DNA of 64,000 nt from Dehalococcoidia bacterium UBA6627 (GTDB taxonomy: Bacteria; Chloroflexota; Dehalococcoidia; UBA2979). The notes beneath the pieces were generated by a model, which worked only from the letters and a program-made list of their open reading frames with translations, was not told where the DNA came from and did not search any database. Positions 19,627 through 29,891 of this stretch are shown here, piece by piece (the first letter of the stretch is position 1; every line of letters starts with the position of its first letter). Both the position numbers and the translations under genes were made by a program. The DNA lies in contig DKLZ01000075.1 of NCBI GenBank assembly GCA_002455955.1, positions 9,837 to 73,836 on the forward strand. The letters are read 5' to 3'.

Positions 19627-20502
19627 TTATCCCTCAGGAGAATTGAACAGTACTTGAAGTGTTTCGATCGTCTTCTCCGAATGGCCAAGATCGAGGTTCA
19701 GCAACTCATTAGAGAGCCCTCGATACAATCTCGCTAGCTCCGGAATGGATTCAATGCTTTCAAGGTGTTGGCGAATCGTCTCAAGATCACCACGTGCGAC
19801 CGGACCAGTGAGCGCTTCAGATAGCGATCTTTCAGAGATCGCTGCCGCGGTCGACTGCAGAAGAGGACTTAGTGACATCTGAGCCTCATCTGAAGGTAGT
19901 CCGGCAAATGACCAAGCACGAGCTGCTACGGCCATAGCAGCGACAAGATTATTACTAACGAAAACAGAAGCGATGTGGTACATCGCACGATCAACCCCTT
20001 CGAGTCGGAAACTACGTGCACCAATATCATCGGCCATCGCTTCGAGAATGCCATCGAGTGGCTCTGGAGCTTCAATCCCGCAAGCAATGTCCTCAAAGCG
20101 CAAACGAGCAAGGGATGGCTCCTCTCCGCTGGGAAACGTCTGAAGAGGATGCATACAGCCCGCCAGGCCATCTCTCTCCGTTACGGACCTTAGAACTTCA
20201 AGATCCCGACTACCACTCAAGTGAACAACAGCCTGATCTTGTCGCCACAAGATTTTATCTGCGAGTCGTTCCAGTTCATCATCTGGTATGGCAAGCATCA
20301 CCAGATCACATGTGGCGATAAGAGTTTCAATTTCCATAGCGATAACAAACGGAAGCTTGGACGCGAGTCTGTCCGCACTCTCTTTTGAACGACTAGCAAC
20401 GGCATCGAGCCTCCAACCAGACTTCAATAACGCATCTGCAAGCGCACCTCCAACACGACCGGCACCAATGATTCCAATCGACGATGACCGACTCACTGTC
20501 AT
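19627..20502 (-). CDS. Rossmann-like plus DUF2520 domain oxidoreductase (ProC/PanG-like)
   Basis: IGIIGAGRVGGALA, MHPLQTF, YHIASVFVSNN, LTGPVARGD. Ends 3 nt upstream of folP. Confidence 0.7.
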   Translation of the reverse strand: MTVSRSSSIGIIGAGRVGGALADALLKSGWRLDAVASRSKESADRLASKLPFVIAMEIETLIATCDLVMLAIPDDELERLADKILWRQDQAVVHLSGSRDLEVLRSVTERDGLAGCMHPLQTFPSGEEPSLARLRFEDIACGIEAPEPLDGILEAMADDIGARSFRLEGVDRAMYHIASVFVSNNLVAAMAVAARAWSFAGLPSDEAQMSLSPLLQSTAAAISERSLSEALTGPVARGDLETIRQHLESIESIPELARLYRGLSNELLNLDLGHSEKTIETLQVLFNSPEG

Positions 20503-20637
20503 GACCCCTCGATTCGCTACTGTGAAGAATCGTGGACGAAGTTTCCCCTGTCGTCACCTCCTATAAGGTGAGCTTAGATTCACTCACGTTTTGTCCAAGT
20601 CAGGACACGCGTCTAAAGTACGCATAATTGGAGAACC

Positions 20638-21741
20638 ATGAATCACACGAATTCAGCTCAACTGGGAATTAATGGCGGGACTCCTGTACGAGAGAAACCT
20701 TTCCCTGAGCGTCCCAATCTCTCACCGGCCACTGACAAAGATCCGATAACAGTATTCGAAAATTCGTTCGCATCGTTCTTTGGATACACCAAAGTCGCGG
20801 CAGTTACTTGTCAGGATGAAGCTACAGCCTATGCACTCGCCTTTGACGCACTCGATATAACTGATGGTGAAGCAGTGCTCCCATCGCTTACTTCTGAGGC
20901 TGGGGGCACTGCTGCTCATGCCGCTGGCCTGACAGTCAGACCAAGCGAGTTAGAACCTGATTCCATAACACTGAGTCCACATCGCCTCACTAGAGTTCTT
21001 AACAAGCACACGAAAGTTGTGATCGCAAATTACGGGTTCGGTCACCCTTTCGCTGCAAATGAAATTCTACGAATTCTGGAACTGACTGGAGTCCCGTTAA
21101 TCGAGGATGCTTCGGCTGGTCTTGGCAGTAGCTACCATGGCCATCCAGCAGGGTCGTTCGGACGACTCGCATTATTCTCGTTCGGACGACAACATTTGCT
21201 ACCCGGACAGGGCGCCGTATTAATCTCTACCGACACCGAACTCGTGTCAAAAATAAGAAATGCTCGTAATAAAGCAAATGCACACATCCAAGAAGATCAA
21301 GTGCGCGTTGCACTAAACGCCTGGCGGAACGTCGACGAAGAACTGAAAGTAAGACGCCAGCTAGCATGGGAACTCACTCTCGATTTACGAGATTGCAAAG
21401 CGCTCGACGGTATGGCGCACAGTCGATGGATCGCACATGGGTACGATTGTTACGTCGTACGTATCCGAAGCTTACTTTGGAAGCGCTCTCTTAACGAAAC
21501 TGTTGCCGCACTCCGAAGCGAAGGCATCCCTTGCACTCCTGCTCTTGGTTCATCAACTCAGCTAGATCTAGAGGCAAACGCGACAATGCATAAACACAAA
21601 GACCTCAGTCAAGAACACTTTCCTGTATCAAAACGACTTCCGAACGAACTGATCGCCCTACCGCTTCACACGGGCATGACCGATCTGGATATCTCTGATA
21701 TCACCGCGGCACTCGAGAAGCTTGAAGCAGCGAGCACCTAA
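20638..21741 (+). CDS. DegT/DnrJ/EryC1/StrS-fold (aspartate aminotransferase fold type I) sugar-modifying enzyme-like protein, atypical active site
   Basis: INGGTPVR N-terminus, IEDASAG, GSFGRLALFSFGRQHLLPGQGAVLISTD. His sits where the PLP-Lys is expected. Confidence 0.65.
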   Translation: MNHTNSAQLGINGGTPVREKPFPERPNLSPATDKDPITVFENSFASFFGYTKVAAVTCQDEATAYALAFDALDITDGEAVLPSLTSEAGGTAAHAAGLTVRPSELEPDSITLSPHRLTRVLNKHTKVVIANYGFGHPFAANEILRILELTGVPLIEDASAGLGSSYHGHPAGSFGRLALFSFGRQHLLPGQGAVLISTDTELVSKIRNARNKANAHIQEDQVRVALNAWRNVDEELKVRRQLAWELTLDLRDCKALDGMAHSRWIAHGYDCYVVRIRSLLWKRSLNETVAALRSEGIPCTPALGSSTQLDLEANATMHKHKDLSQEHFPVSKRLPNELIALPLHTGMTDLDISDITAALEKLEAAST

Positions 21742-21770
21742 TCAGTAGCGAGATCTAGATAGAGGAGATA

Positions 21771-22541
21771 ATGACACGAAACAGCAAAAGTGAAGTACGT
21801 CCCGCTTTAGTCGCAATCGACTTCACGTCAACAGACCTCCGCTTACTTTTGTCAACTCCCGAGCAGCAGTTAATCGCTAATGAGCAATATCAGCTGCCTA
21901 CTCTCGATGACGAAGAAGCATGGGCTTGGGAAGTAGGAGGCCGCCTGTCAACGCTGTTCTCTCGTGACGGAGAACCATTATTTGCCCTGGGAATAGCTAT
22001 CGCCTGCCCCGGCATGGTTCATCCCATTCGAGGTGTACTAACCGAAAGTCGAGCTCAGGAAGGATGGAATGAGTTGCACGTTGTAGACGCAATTCGCCGT
22101 CACATCAATGCACCAACGGTTGCCATCGACCGTGTACAAGCAGGTCTCCGAGGGGAGATGACAGCCGGCGCTGCTATTGACGCAACAGATGTGCTCTACG
22201 TGTCAGTGCGTGAATCGACGATAGTGGCTGCCATCCTTAGCTCTGGAACAATCATTCGTGGCGCTCATCATCGATCTGGGCGGATAAATAGCACTGATGA
22301 TGCCCGCGAGATCGCCACTATCGCCGCCGCATTGGATAGCGCGTTGGTGATTCTCGACACGGTCAACGAAAACGCTGATGAAATCGAGAGTCGGACACGT
22401 AAGGAATTAAAGAAAGTCAGAGCGGGAGGAGAAGTGATAATCTCAAAACTTGGTACGCGCGCCCCTCTACTAGGAGCGCTCGAAGCTGCTGCGATAGTCG
22501 CGTATGAAGGTCAGCACACGATAGAGAACGATAATCAGTAG
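21771..22541 (+). CDS. Hypothetical protein, possibly ROK/ASKHA-fold sugar-kinase-like
   Basis: Weak resemblance only (VAIDFTSTDLRLLL, GIAIACPGMVHPIRGVL). No zinc or ATP motif confirmed. Confidence 0.35.
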   Translation: MTRNSKSEVRPALVAIDFTSTDLRLLLSTPEQQLIANEQYQLPTLDDEEAWAWEVGGRLSTLFSRDGEPLFALGIAIACPGMVHPIRGVLTESRAQEGWNELHVVDAIRRHINAPTVAIDRVQAGLRGEMTAGAAIDATDVLYVSVRESTIVAAILSSGTIIRGAHHRSGRINSTDDAREIATIAAALDSALVILDTVNENADEIESRTRKELKKVRAGGEVIISKLGTRAPLLGALEAAAIVAYEGQHTIENDNQ

Positions 22542-22557
22542 AACCTCAAATAGCCAG

Positions 22558-24267
22558 TTAATAACCTCGATATTTGGTAGCAAGCGGTAGTCTTCGGTCG
22601 CGACCAAAAGCTCGTGGCGAAATCTTGATTCCAGGAGGCGACTGTCGGCGTTTGTATTCGTTCTGGTTCACCAAATCGATGACCTGTCTCACAGTTACCT
22701 CATCAAAGCCACGAGCAACTATCGACTCCAATGAAAGATCATCTTCAACATATGCTTCCACTATTGGATCAAGGATTTCATAAACTGGTAGCGAATCGGT
22801 GTCGAACTGATCAGGCCGCAGTTCCGCAGAAGGAGGTTTCTCTATAGAGCTGGTCGGAATCACCTCGCTCACGGTATTTCGGTAGCGCGCTAGCTTCCAG
22901 ACCATCGTCTTTGGCACATCCTTGATTACAGCAAAACCTCCAACCATATCCCCGTAGAGAGTTGCATAACCACATGCGTACTCAGATTTGTTACCGGTAG
23001 TCAGAACGAGTGATCCCTCTCGCTTATTCGATAGTGCCATCACCAGCATCCCACGAATACGCGCCTGCAAATTCTCCTCTGCCGTCCCAGACTCATGACC
23101 ATCGAACTCATAAGACAAAGCTTCCAGAGCAGTGTCGTGTACAGACTCGATTGGTAGCGATATTAAATGAATACCGAGTCGCTTCGCTAGGTCAGTAGCA
23201 TCGGCAATCGATCCCTCAGAGGAGTATCGCGACGGCATTGAAACTCCAACCACATGCTCAGGTCCCAATGCGTCGACGGCTATCGCACAGACAATTGCCG
23301 AATCGATCCCGCCGGACAGCGCTACGAAAGCATCCTTAAAACCATTCTTTCTCAGGTAATCGGAGGTTCCAAGTACCAATCCGTCATAAACCTCTGCCTC
23401 AATCGGACGGGGAATTAACTTACTTTGCGTGCGCAGTTCACGTGTACCCTCAAACGAGGGCGTCACCAGGATTGGTGCAATACGATTGCCATCGTGCTGT
23501 TTTGATTCCTGCATCTGACGCTGGACTGTCTCCTCAACGGAAATATCAGCCACAAGCAAATCAGGCGTCATCGATGCTCCGCGGGCAATCGTCAATCCCG
23601 CAGTATCTACAACGAATGAATTCCCATCAAACAGTAACTCATCCTGACCTCCCACCTGATTCACATAGACCACGGAAACTGCATCGTGAACCGCCCGTGT
23701 GGAAATCATCTGCTCTCGATCACCCGACTTATTGACATGAAATGGAGACGCATTCAGATTGAGAATCACTTGAGCACCTGCAAGCGCCTGCTCACGACCA
23801 GGCCCTCCTGGAAGCCACAAGTCCTCACAGACAGTCAAACCAACTACAACACCACCAATTTCAAACAGACTGAGATCATTCCCCGAGTGGAAATAGCGTT
23901 CTTCGTCGAAAACGCCGTAGTTCGGTAGCCGTTGTTTACGGTAGACACCAACAACATGCCCATCGTGAAGCACTGCGGCTGCGTTATAGAGATGTTCATC
24001 GTGATCAAGGCAACCCACGACCAGTGGCGGTAAACCACTTGATTCCTTAGCCAGCTGAAGCAATCGTAGCTGCGCCTCTTCAAGGAACGCAGTACGGAGA
24101 AGCAAATCTTCAGGTGGGTATCCAATCAGGGCTAACTCCGGATAGACAACAAGATCCACTTGCGATTCCATGGCTTCCCGCGCAGCCTCAAGGATCAATG
24201 AATGGTTTCCATCAAAATCACCAATCGTTGTATTAAGTTGGCCGAGGGCGACACGAAGATGTCTCAC
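22558..24267 (-). CDS. nadE: Glutamine-dependent NAD+ synthetase (CN-hydrolase plus NAD synthetase domains)
   Basis: N-terminal nitrilase-like domain (VYPELALIGY, CEDLW). C-terminal SGGIDSA PP-loop. Confidence 0.9.
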   Translation of the reverse strand: MRHLRVALGQLNTTIGDFDGNHSLILEAAREAMESQVDLVVYPELALIGYPPEDLLLRTAFLEEAQLRLLQLAKESSGLPPLVVGCLDHDEHLYNAAAVLHDGHVVGVYRKQRLPNYGVFDEERYFHSGNDLSLFEIGGVVVGLTVCEDLWLPGGPGREQALAGAQVILNLNASPFHVNKSGDREQMISTRAVHDAVSVVYVNQVGGQDELLFDGNSFVVDTAGLTIARGASMTPDLLVADISVEETVQRQMQESKQHDGNRIAPILVTPSFEGTRELRTQSKLIPRPIEAEVYDGLVLGTSDYLRKNGFKDAFVALSGGIDSAIVCAIAVDALGPEHVVGVSMPSRYSSEGSIADATDLAKRLGIHLISLPIESVHDTALEALSYEFDGHESGTAEENLQARIRGMLVMALSNKREGSLVLTTGNKSEYACGYATLYGDMVGGFAVIKDVPKTMVWKLARYRNTVSEVIPTSSIEKPPSAELRPDQFDTDSLPVYEILDPIVEAYVEDDLSLESIVARGFDEVTVRQVIDLVNQNEYKRRQSPPGIKISPRAFGRDRRLPLATKYRGY

Positions 24268-24575
24268 CTGAGCTCCATCCGTTACTCTTTGTGTATACCT
24301 TACGCAAAGTATCGATCAGCCATAGCCTAGAGCGCTATGGATAGGTGGTCAATCGGGTTCATCCGATCATGTGAAATGGTATCCAAGCATTGCTAAACTT
24401 CTACAACTCTGTTCGGCAAACAATCAATCTGAATGAGGACAGAGTTTCTAACAGCGATATCACAGAACAAGATAAGAATTCAGCGCTTTAAGGCTTGAAG
24501 AGTATTCATTGCTGAGCGTATCGACGCAATGCTAAACAACAGATGTCAGATTGATCCGATATCAGTTCGCCCTAT

Positions 24576-24932
24576 TTAGTGGCCGTGATGTTCCCAGGGT
24601 GGCAACTCCTCAGGACCAAGAGCGTCTGTACTATCGTTCCAGAACAATGCCAGCAAACCTATGAGTATTGCGGTGGCCAGTATCAAGCCAAGCATGAACA
24701 TCTGAGTAAATACCCGCGATTCAAAGCGCAGATGCATGAAAAGAGCTACGACCACGCCAAATTTCACAGCGGACATCACGATCAATACCGTTACAAGCGT
24801 AACTGTCCCAAGACCGGCATACGATGCGATTAACTCTAATACGGTAACAACAGCCAGACCGATCGTGATCTGAATATATTGTCGTGGCCCAAGTGTGGAC
24901 CCTGATCCTTTAGTGTGTGCGTCGCTGGCCAT
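24576..24932 (-). CDS. Cytochrome c oxidase subunit IV (prokaryotic COX4 family)
   Basis: 118 aa, 3 TM. Located immediately downstream of ctaE. Confidence 0.7.
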   Translation of the reverse strand: MASDAHTKGSGSTLGPRQYIQITIGLAVVTVLELIASYAGLGTVTLVTVLIVMSAVKFGVVVALFMHLRFESRVFTQMFMLGLILATAILIGLLALFWNDSTDALGPEELPPWEHHGH

Positions 24933-24944
24933 AAACCGGCCTCC

Positions 24945-25547
24945 CTAGGGAATCAAGTAGATGACCGTGAAAATCACGATCCAAACAATGTCCACGAAGT
25001 GCCAGTACAGTCCGGCAATCTCCATATATAACCCGCCACTCGGACCCAATCCATTTCGTCTCATCGAACCAATTAACATCGATCCGAGGTACAGCACACC
25101 AACTCCTACGTGAACACCATGGAAACCTGTAAGAACGAAGAATGACGCGCCAAACTGGTTAGTCGAAAGGTTGAGACCTTCCGAACCAAACAGACGAAAC
25201 TCATAAACTTGGAAACCAAGAAATACAAGTCCGAGAAGTATCGTACTGAGAAGTGAAAGTTTCATCATCTTGGGGAAATTATGATGAGCTGCGTAAACGG
25301 CGAGCACCATCGTAAAGGAGCTCACTAGCAAAACGAATGTACTGAGGGACGTTAGCGGTATGTCGAAAACATCGTCCGGTAGAGGTCGGACCAGTGATTC
25401 ACCCTTGTAAATCAAGTACGTCGATATCAGTGAGCCGAAGAACAAACACTCGGACGCGAGAAAAATCCACATGAGAAGCATGCGGTTGTCAACACCCAAA
25501 GACGTATGGTGCTCACCATGTGCCGCTTCAGTCGCTTCCATGCTCAC
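24945..25547 (-). CDS. ctaE: Cytochrome c oxidase subunit III
   Basis: 200 aa, 5 TM. FFVLTGFHGVHVGVG and YWHFVDIVW motifs. Confidence 0.9.
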   Translation of the reverse strand: MSMEATEAAHGEHHTSLGVDNRMLLMWIFLASECLFFGSLISTYLIYKGESLVRPLPDDVFDIPLTSLSTFVLLVSSFTMVLAVYAAHHNFPKMMKLSLLSTILLGLVFLGFQVYEFRLFGSEGLNLSTNQFGASFFVLTGFHGVHVGVGVLYLGSMLIGSMRRNGLGPSGGLYMEIAGLYWHFVDIVWIVIFTVIYLIP

Positions 25548-25600
25548 TCCCTGTACGCGACGACGAGGGTCGCGACGCCCTGCTCATCGTATCCTTAACT

Positions 25601-27403
25601 TTACTCTGTTGGTTCTAGAGCCCAACCCCAGATGGAATAGATAACTATGACAACACCCAGCGCTGTAAGAGCCAGATGAGAGAGTACTCCTACCCCGAGA
25701 AGCAAAACGCCAAGACCTATTAGTAGTGGAAAATACGATGGTGGCGGAAGGTGAATGTGCATCTCACTTGGAGGTTCAACCTTTTCGATTCCATGGTCTC
25801 GGTCGTACCACAGAGGATCACGGTCACGCACTTCGGGAATCACATCAAAATCATGCTCTGGGGGTGGTGAACTAGTCGCCCATTCCAATGTAGGTGCATC
25901 CCAGGGGTTGTCAGTAGCAGTAGGCTCCTTGCGCATCGTCCAGAAGAAATTCACAAGGAAAACAATGATACTTAGGGCAAGCATGTAGGAACCGATCGTC
26001 GCGACCATGTTCCAAGTCTCCCAACCTAGATCGGCGTCATACGTGTAAATCCGCCTGGGCATCCCCGATAACCCAAGAAAATGCATTGGGAAAAACGTTA
26101 TATTCATTCCGATAAACATCAACCAGAAATGAATCTTCCCCAGTCTCTCATCCAGAAAACGACCGGTCATCTTAGGGAACCAGTAATAAAGACCAGAGAA
26201 GATTCCTACGATCGCGCCACCAAACAGCACGTAATGGATATGAGCAACGATGAAGTAAGTGTCCTGCTGCTGGCTATCGACAGGTGGGCTGGCATGCATC
26301 ACACCGGAAATTCCACCAATTGTGAAAAGTGCAATGAATGAAACAGCAAAGTACATCGCCGTATTAAAGTGAATACTGCCGCCGTATAGCGTTCCCATCC
26401 AATTGAATATTTTAATCCCTGTTGGCACCGCTATTGCCATCGTACTCGCCGTGAAAACAATCTGGGGAACTGTACCAAGTCCTGTGGTGAACATGTGGTG
26501 GCTCCAAACAGCGAAGCCAAGTACGCCAATCGCGACTCCAGCAAACACGATAGCGGCATATCCAAATAGTGGTTTACGTGAAAAAACGGGTAAAACTTCG
26601 GAAACAATGCCCATCGACGGGAGTATCAAAACGTAGACTTCTGGATGAGCAAATACCCAGAAGAGGTGCTGCCAAAGTATTGGATCTCCGCCCTCAGCTG
26701 GCGTAAAGAAATTTGTCGTAAAGTTACGATCGAACACGAGTTGCACCAGTGCCACGGTGATAACAGGCAATGAAAGGATAAGCAGGAAGTTAACAACCAG
26801 CATCATCCATATGAAAACTGGCAGTCGCATCATACTCATACCAGGTGCTCGCATATTGAAAACAGTGACAGCGAAGTTCAGCGAAGCCATCAATGACGAT
26901 GTCCCGAGAATCAGCAAACCAATCGCATAAAAATCGAGCCCTGCGCCAGGAGAGAACTCTTCGTCAGAAAGCGGCGCGTATGCAAACCACCCACCGTCCG
27001 GAGCTCCACCAAAGATGAAACTACTTGTGAGTAGCAATGCGCCACCCAGAAATACCCAATAGGAAAGTGCATTCAGCCTCGGGAATGCGACATCACGAGC
27101 ACCGATCATCAACGGTAAGAAATAGTTAAAGAATGCCGCACCGAGAGGCATAATCCCAAGGAAAATCATGGTGAGCGCGTGCATAGTGAAAAGTTGGTTA
27201 TAACGATCAGCATCAACCACGGCACCGTTCGGAACCGCTAATTGGGTACGAATTATCAGTGCTTCCAGACCGGCTAACAAGAAAAAAGCAAAACCGCTAA
27301 TGCCATACATCGTGCCGATCTTCTTATGATCGACCGTCGTTAACCACGTCCAAATCGTGGTCTCTTCCTGAACCTGAGGCAGGGTGCCGGTGGCCGTTGC
27401 CAT
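25601..27403 (-). CDS. ctaD: Cytochrome c oxidase subunit I (heme-copper oxidase A-type)
   Basis: WVFAHPEVYVLILP, SHHMFTTG, HIHYVLFGG, FPMHFLGLSGMPRR. Confidence 0.95.
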   Translation of the reverse strand: MATATGTLPQVQEETTIWTWLTTVDHKKIGTMYGISGFAFFLLAGLEALIIRTQLAVPNGAVVDADRYNQLFTMHALTMIFLGIMPLGAAFFNYFLPLMIGARDVAFPRLNALSYWVFLGGALLLTSSFIFGGAPDGGWFAYAPLSDEEFSPGAGLDFYAIGLLILGTSSLMASLNFAVTVFNMRAPGMSMMRLPVFIWMMLVVNFLLILSLPVITVALVQLVFDRNFTTNFFTPAEGGDPILWQHLFWVFAHPEVYVLILPSMGIVSEVLPVFSRKPLFGYAAIVFAGVAIGVLGFAVWSHHMFTTGLGTVPQIVFTASTMAIAVPTGIKIFNWMGTLYGGSIHFNTAMYFAVSFIALFTIGGISGVMHASPPVDSQQQDTYFIVAHIHYVLFGGAIVGIFSGLYYWFPKMTGRFLDERLGKIHFWLMFIGMNITFFPMHFLGLSGMPRRIYTYDADLGWETWNMVATIGSYMLALSIIVFLVNFFWTMRKEPTATDNPWDAPTLEWATSSPPPEHDFDVIPEVRDRDPLWYDRDHGIEKVEPPSEMHIHLPPPSYFPLLIGLGVLLLGVGVLSHLALTALGVVIVIYSIWGWALEPTE

Positions 27404-27438
27404 ATGGTTCCTTCCCTAAGTACTCGTCAGCCGAGGAT

Positions 27439-28494
27439 CTACTTCAGATCCTGCAGGTAAGCAACGAGTTGTTCGATCTGTTCGGCATTGAGATTAAGGT
27501 TCGGCATTATCGACCCTGGTTTCTCGCCTGGCGGATTTGCTAGCCAAGCTGCCATATTCTCAGAATTGTTCTCAAACATCCCTGAAGCAAGAGTAGTGCG
27601 CGAAGCGATGTGCGTCAGATCAGGACCGATTTGACCAACAGCGTTCGTACCTCGGATTGTGTGGCACGCCGCGCAAAGTGTCGTAGCAATTTTCTCACCA
27701 GCTAATGCTAGGTCACCTTGAGCAGGTTCAGCATCAGCAGCCTGAGAAGCAACCCAAGCATCGAAGTCTTCGGGAGCGTGAACAAACACTCGGAATCGCA
27801 TATTCGCGTGTGACGTCCCACAGAATTCAGCGCACTGACCTAGGAACATGCCTGTCTCATGCGGCGTAAACCATAGACGGTTCTCGTGGCCCGGTACCAT
27901 ATCGACCTTACCGGATAGTTGCGGCACCCAGAATGAATGGATTACATCTTCCGAACGCAGCTCTACGTTCACTGCACGATCAACTGGGAGGTGTAATTCA
28001 TTCGCCGTAGTGACATCTAACCCGGGGTATTCGAACTCGAACCACCACTGATTACCGGTTGCAACTACCTCCAGCGCATCATCGGGCGCGTCACCTGTAG
28101 TATCGATGATTACTGAGAAGCTAGGTAGTGCTATTGCTATTACGATTGCTACCGGAATCAGTGTCCAAAGCACTTCGAGACGTGAGTTTCCGTGAATCTG
28201 TTGCGGCTCGTGACCTGCACGTTCCCGGAAGATAACCGCGAAAGCCAGCGTTAGCGTGAGGACACCAACCATCACAATCCCCGCAAGGATTGTGACGAAA
28301 TTATATAGCCCCTGTACAGCATCTGCATTGTCTGAAAGCGGAGCAAGCGTCGTCATTGGATCGGACGCCGTGGCGTCCCAAGCGATCCAAATAAGCCAAG
28401 TCGTGATCAGAACGATCGCTAGCGAAAGAACCGTTAGCGAGATAGCGCGCGGTGAAGGACGCAAACGATGCCTCCGCGATCCAAGTTCGGTCAC
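27439..28494 (-). CDS. ctaC: Cytochrome c oxidase subunit II with fused C-terminal cytochrome c domain (caa3 type)
   Basis: CuA site HSFWVPQL...CAEFCGTSHANM. C-terminal CAACH heme c motif. Confidence 0.9.
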   Translation of the reverse strand: MTELGSRRHRLRPSPRAISLTVLSLAIVLITTWLIWIAWDATASDPMTTLAPLSDNADAVQGLYNFVTILAGIVMVGVLTLTLAFAVIFRERAGHEPQQIHGNSRLEVLWTLIPVAIVIAIALPSFSVIIDTTGDAPDDALEVVATGNQWWFEFEYPGLDVTTANELHLPVDRAVNVELRSEDVIHSFWVPQLSGKVDMVPGHENRLWFTPHETGMFLGQCAEFCGTSHANMRFRVFVHAPEDFDAWVASQAADAEPAQGDLALAGEKIATTLCAACHTIRGTNAVGQIGPDLTHIASRTTLASGMFENNSENMAAWLANPPGEKPGSIMPNLNLNAEQIEQLVAYLQDLK

Positions 28495-28805
28495 AAATTC
28501 AAACAGTGACCGTTCGCAGCGTAGCCTTCGCTAGCCACGTGTTAGTGAGTAGCATCGGCCATCGGTGCGGTCAAGCAATTTAGCGAAAACAAGTGTCTTA
28601 AACTCAGTGACATCTGGCCGGCAAAGGGCCTATACCAACACCTATCAACTGCACGCATAGCTCACAGTAAAAACACATTAACGGGTTAACTCGTCAAATT
28701 TTCGGAGATTTAAGGTACTCCAGTGATAGGCAAATATTCTATACCTAGCGTGTTCCTCTCTTATCATTCGTTGAACGGAGCAATAAGACAGCCGTACGCT
28801 CGCCT

Positions 28806-29351
28806 GTGATGTTAAACGAACAGCTCAATCGCCTACTTGTAGCAGTCGTCGGAATCGCCGTCGGCGGTTTGATCGTCTTAATGGGGATTGGAATGTGGCA
28901 GGATGTCGGAAACGAAAACATTGGTCGAGCTGATACCGAACTGGAAAGCGGTTTCAACTTTGATCTACCGGCTTTCGACGGATCGCGGTTTGTCCTTACG
29001 GATCACATACAAAACCCTATCTTCCTCTACTTCTGGGCGAGTTGGTGTGCCCCATGCGAAATTGAAGCGCCACTGATTCAGAGCCTCTGGCCAGAGTACC
29101 GAGAACGCGGTTACACGTTTATAGGAATCAATATCTGGGATAACACACAGAGTGCCCAAGACTTCGTTGACCGTCACGGCCTCGAATTTCCAATCGTCAT
29201 CGACGACGGAAATACGTACCTTGATTACGGTGTCTACGGAATACCGGAGGCATTTTTCTTGCTACCTGGACTTAGAGTCGACCAGAAGTACATCGGCACA
29301 TTGACTGAAGTACTCTTCCGCAAACATCTCGAAAATATCAAGAAGTCATAA
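28806..29351 (+). CDS. ccmG: Thiol:disulfide oxidoreductase of the TlpA/ResA/CcmG family
   Basis: N-terminal TM anchor. Thioredoxin motif WASWCAPCEIE. First gene of the ccm operon. Confidence 0.8.
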   Translation: MMLNEQLNRLLVAVVGIAVGGLIVLMGIGMWQDVGNENIGRADTELESGFNFDLPAFDGSRFVLTDHIQNPIFLYFWASWCAPCEIEAPLIQSLWPEYRERGYTFIGINIWDNTQSAQDFVDRHGLEFPIVIDDGNTYLDYGVYGIPEAFFLLPGLRVDQKYIGTLTEVLFRKHLENIKKS

Positions 29352-29361
29352 GGATTAGGCT

Positions 29362-29826
29362 ATGACTGCATCCGACTCTGATCAGACACCTCCCACCACT
29401 TCGAAGGAAGGGGGCAAGCTATTTTCCAGCAATCGAAACCGGCTATTGCTACTCCTAGCGATCTCAACGATTGTGATCGGCATCCTCGCTTTCCGTGCCG
29501 CTTCAGGTGATCTCTCCTACTACGTCGAGCCGGATGAATTTCTGGCGAAAATCGAAGATAACGAAAACAGCCGCTGGCGTGTCGGAGGACGTGTCGTACC
29601 TGATTCGATCATCGAACAAAGTGGCCAACCTATCTCTTTCGACATCGCCGGTGAGAGTGGTGAGCGGATCAGCATCACCTACGATGGACTCGTGCCAAAT
29701 CTATTTACCGACAACGCCTTCGTTGTGGTTGACGGGCGTCTTCAAGAGAGTGGGTATTTCCAAGCAACCAGAGTGGTAATTAAGCACGAGAACGAATTCT
29801 TTTCGGAAAACCCTACTTCTGAGTAG
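29362..29826 (+). CDS. ccmE: Cytochrome c maturation heme chaperone CcmE
   Basis: TM anchor, RVGGRV OB-fold motif, heme-binding His in VIKHENEF. Confidence 0.8.
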   Translation: MTASDSDQTPPTTSKEGGKLFSSNRNRLLLLLAISTIVIGILAFRAASGDLSYYVEPDEFLAKIEDNENSRWRVGGRVVPDSIIEQSGQPISFDIAGESGERISITYDGLVPNLFTDNAFVVVDGRLQESGYFQATRVVIKHENEFFSENPTSE

Positions 29827-29891
29827 TCAATTGCGAACCTCGTCGGTATCGAAGAGTCGCCGCCAGAGTTCAGGCACCGGAGATTAGAGTC

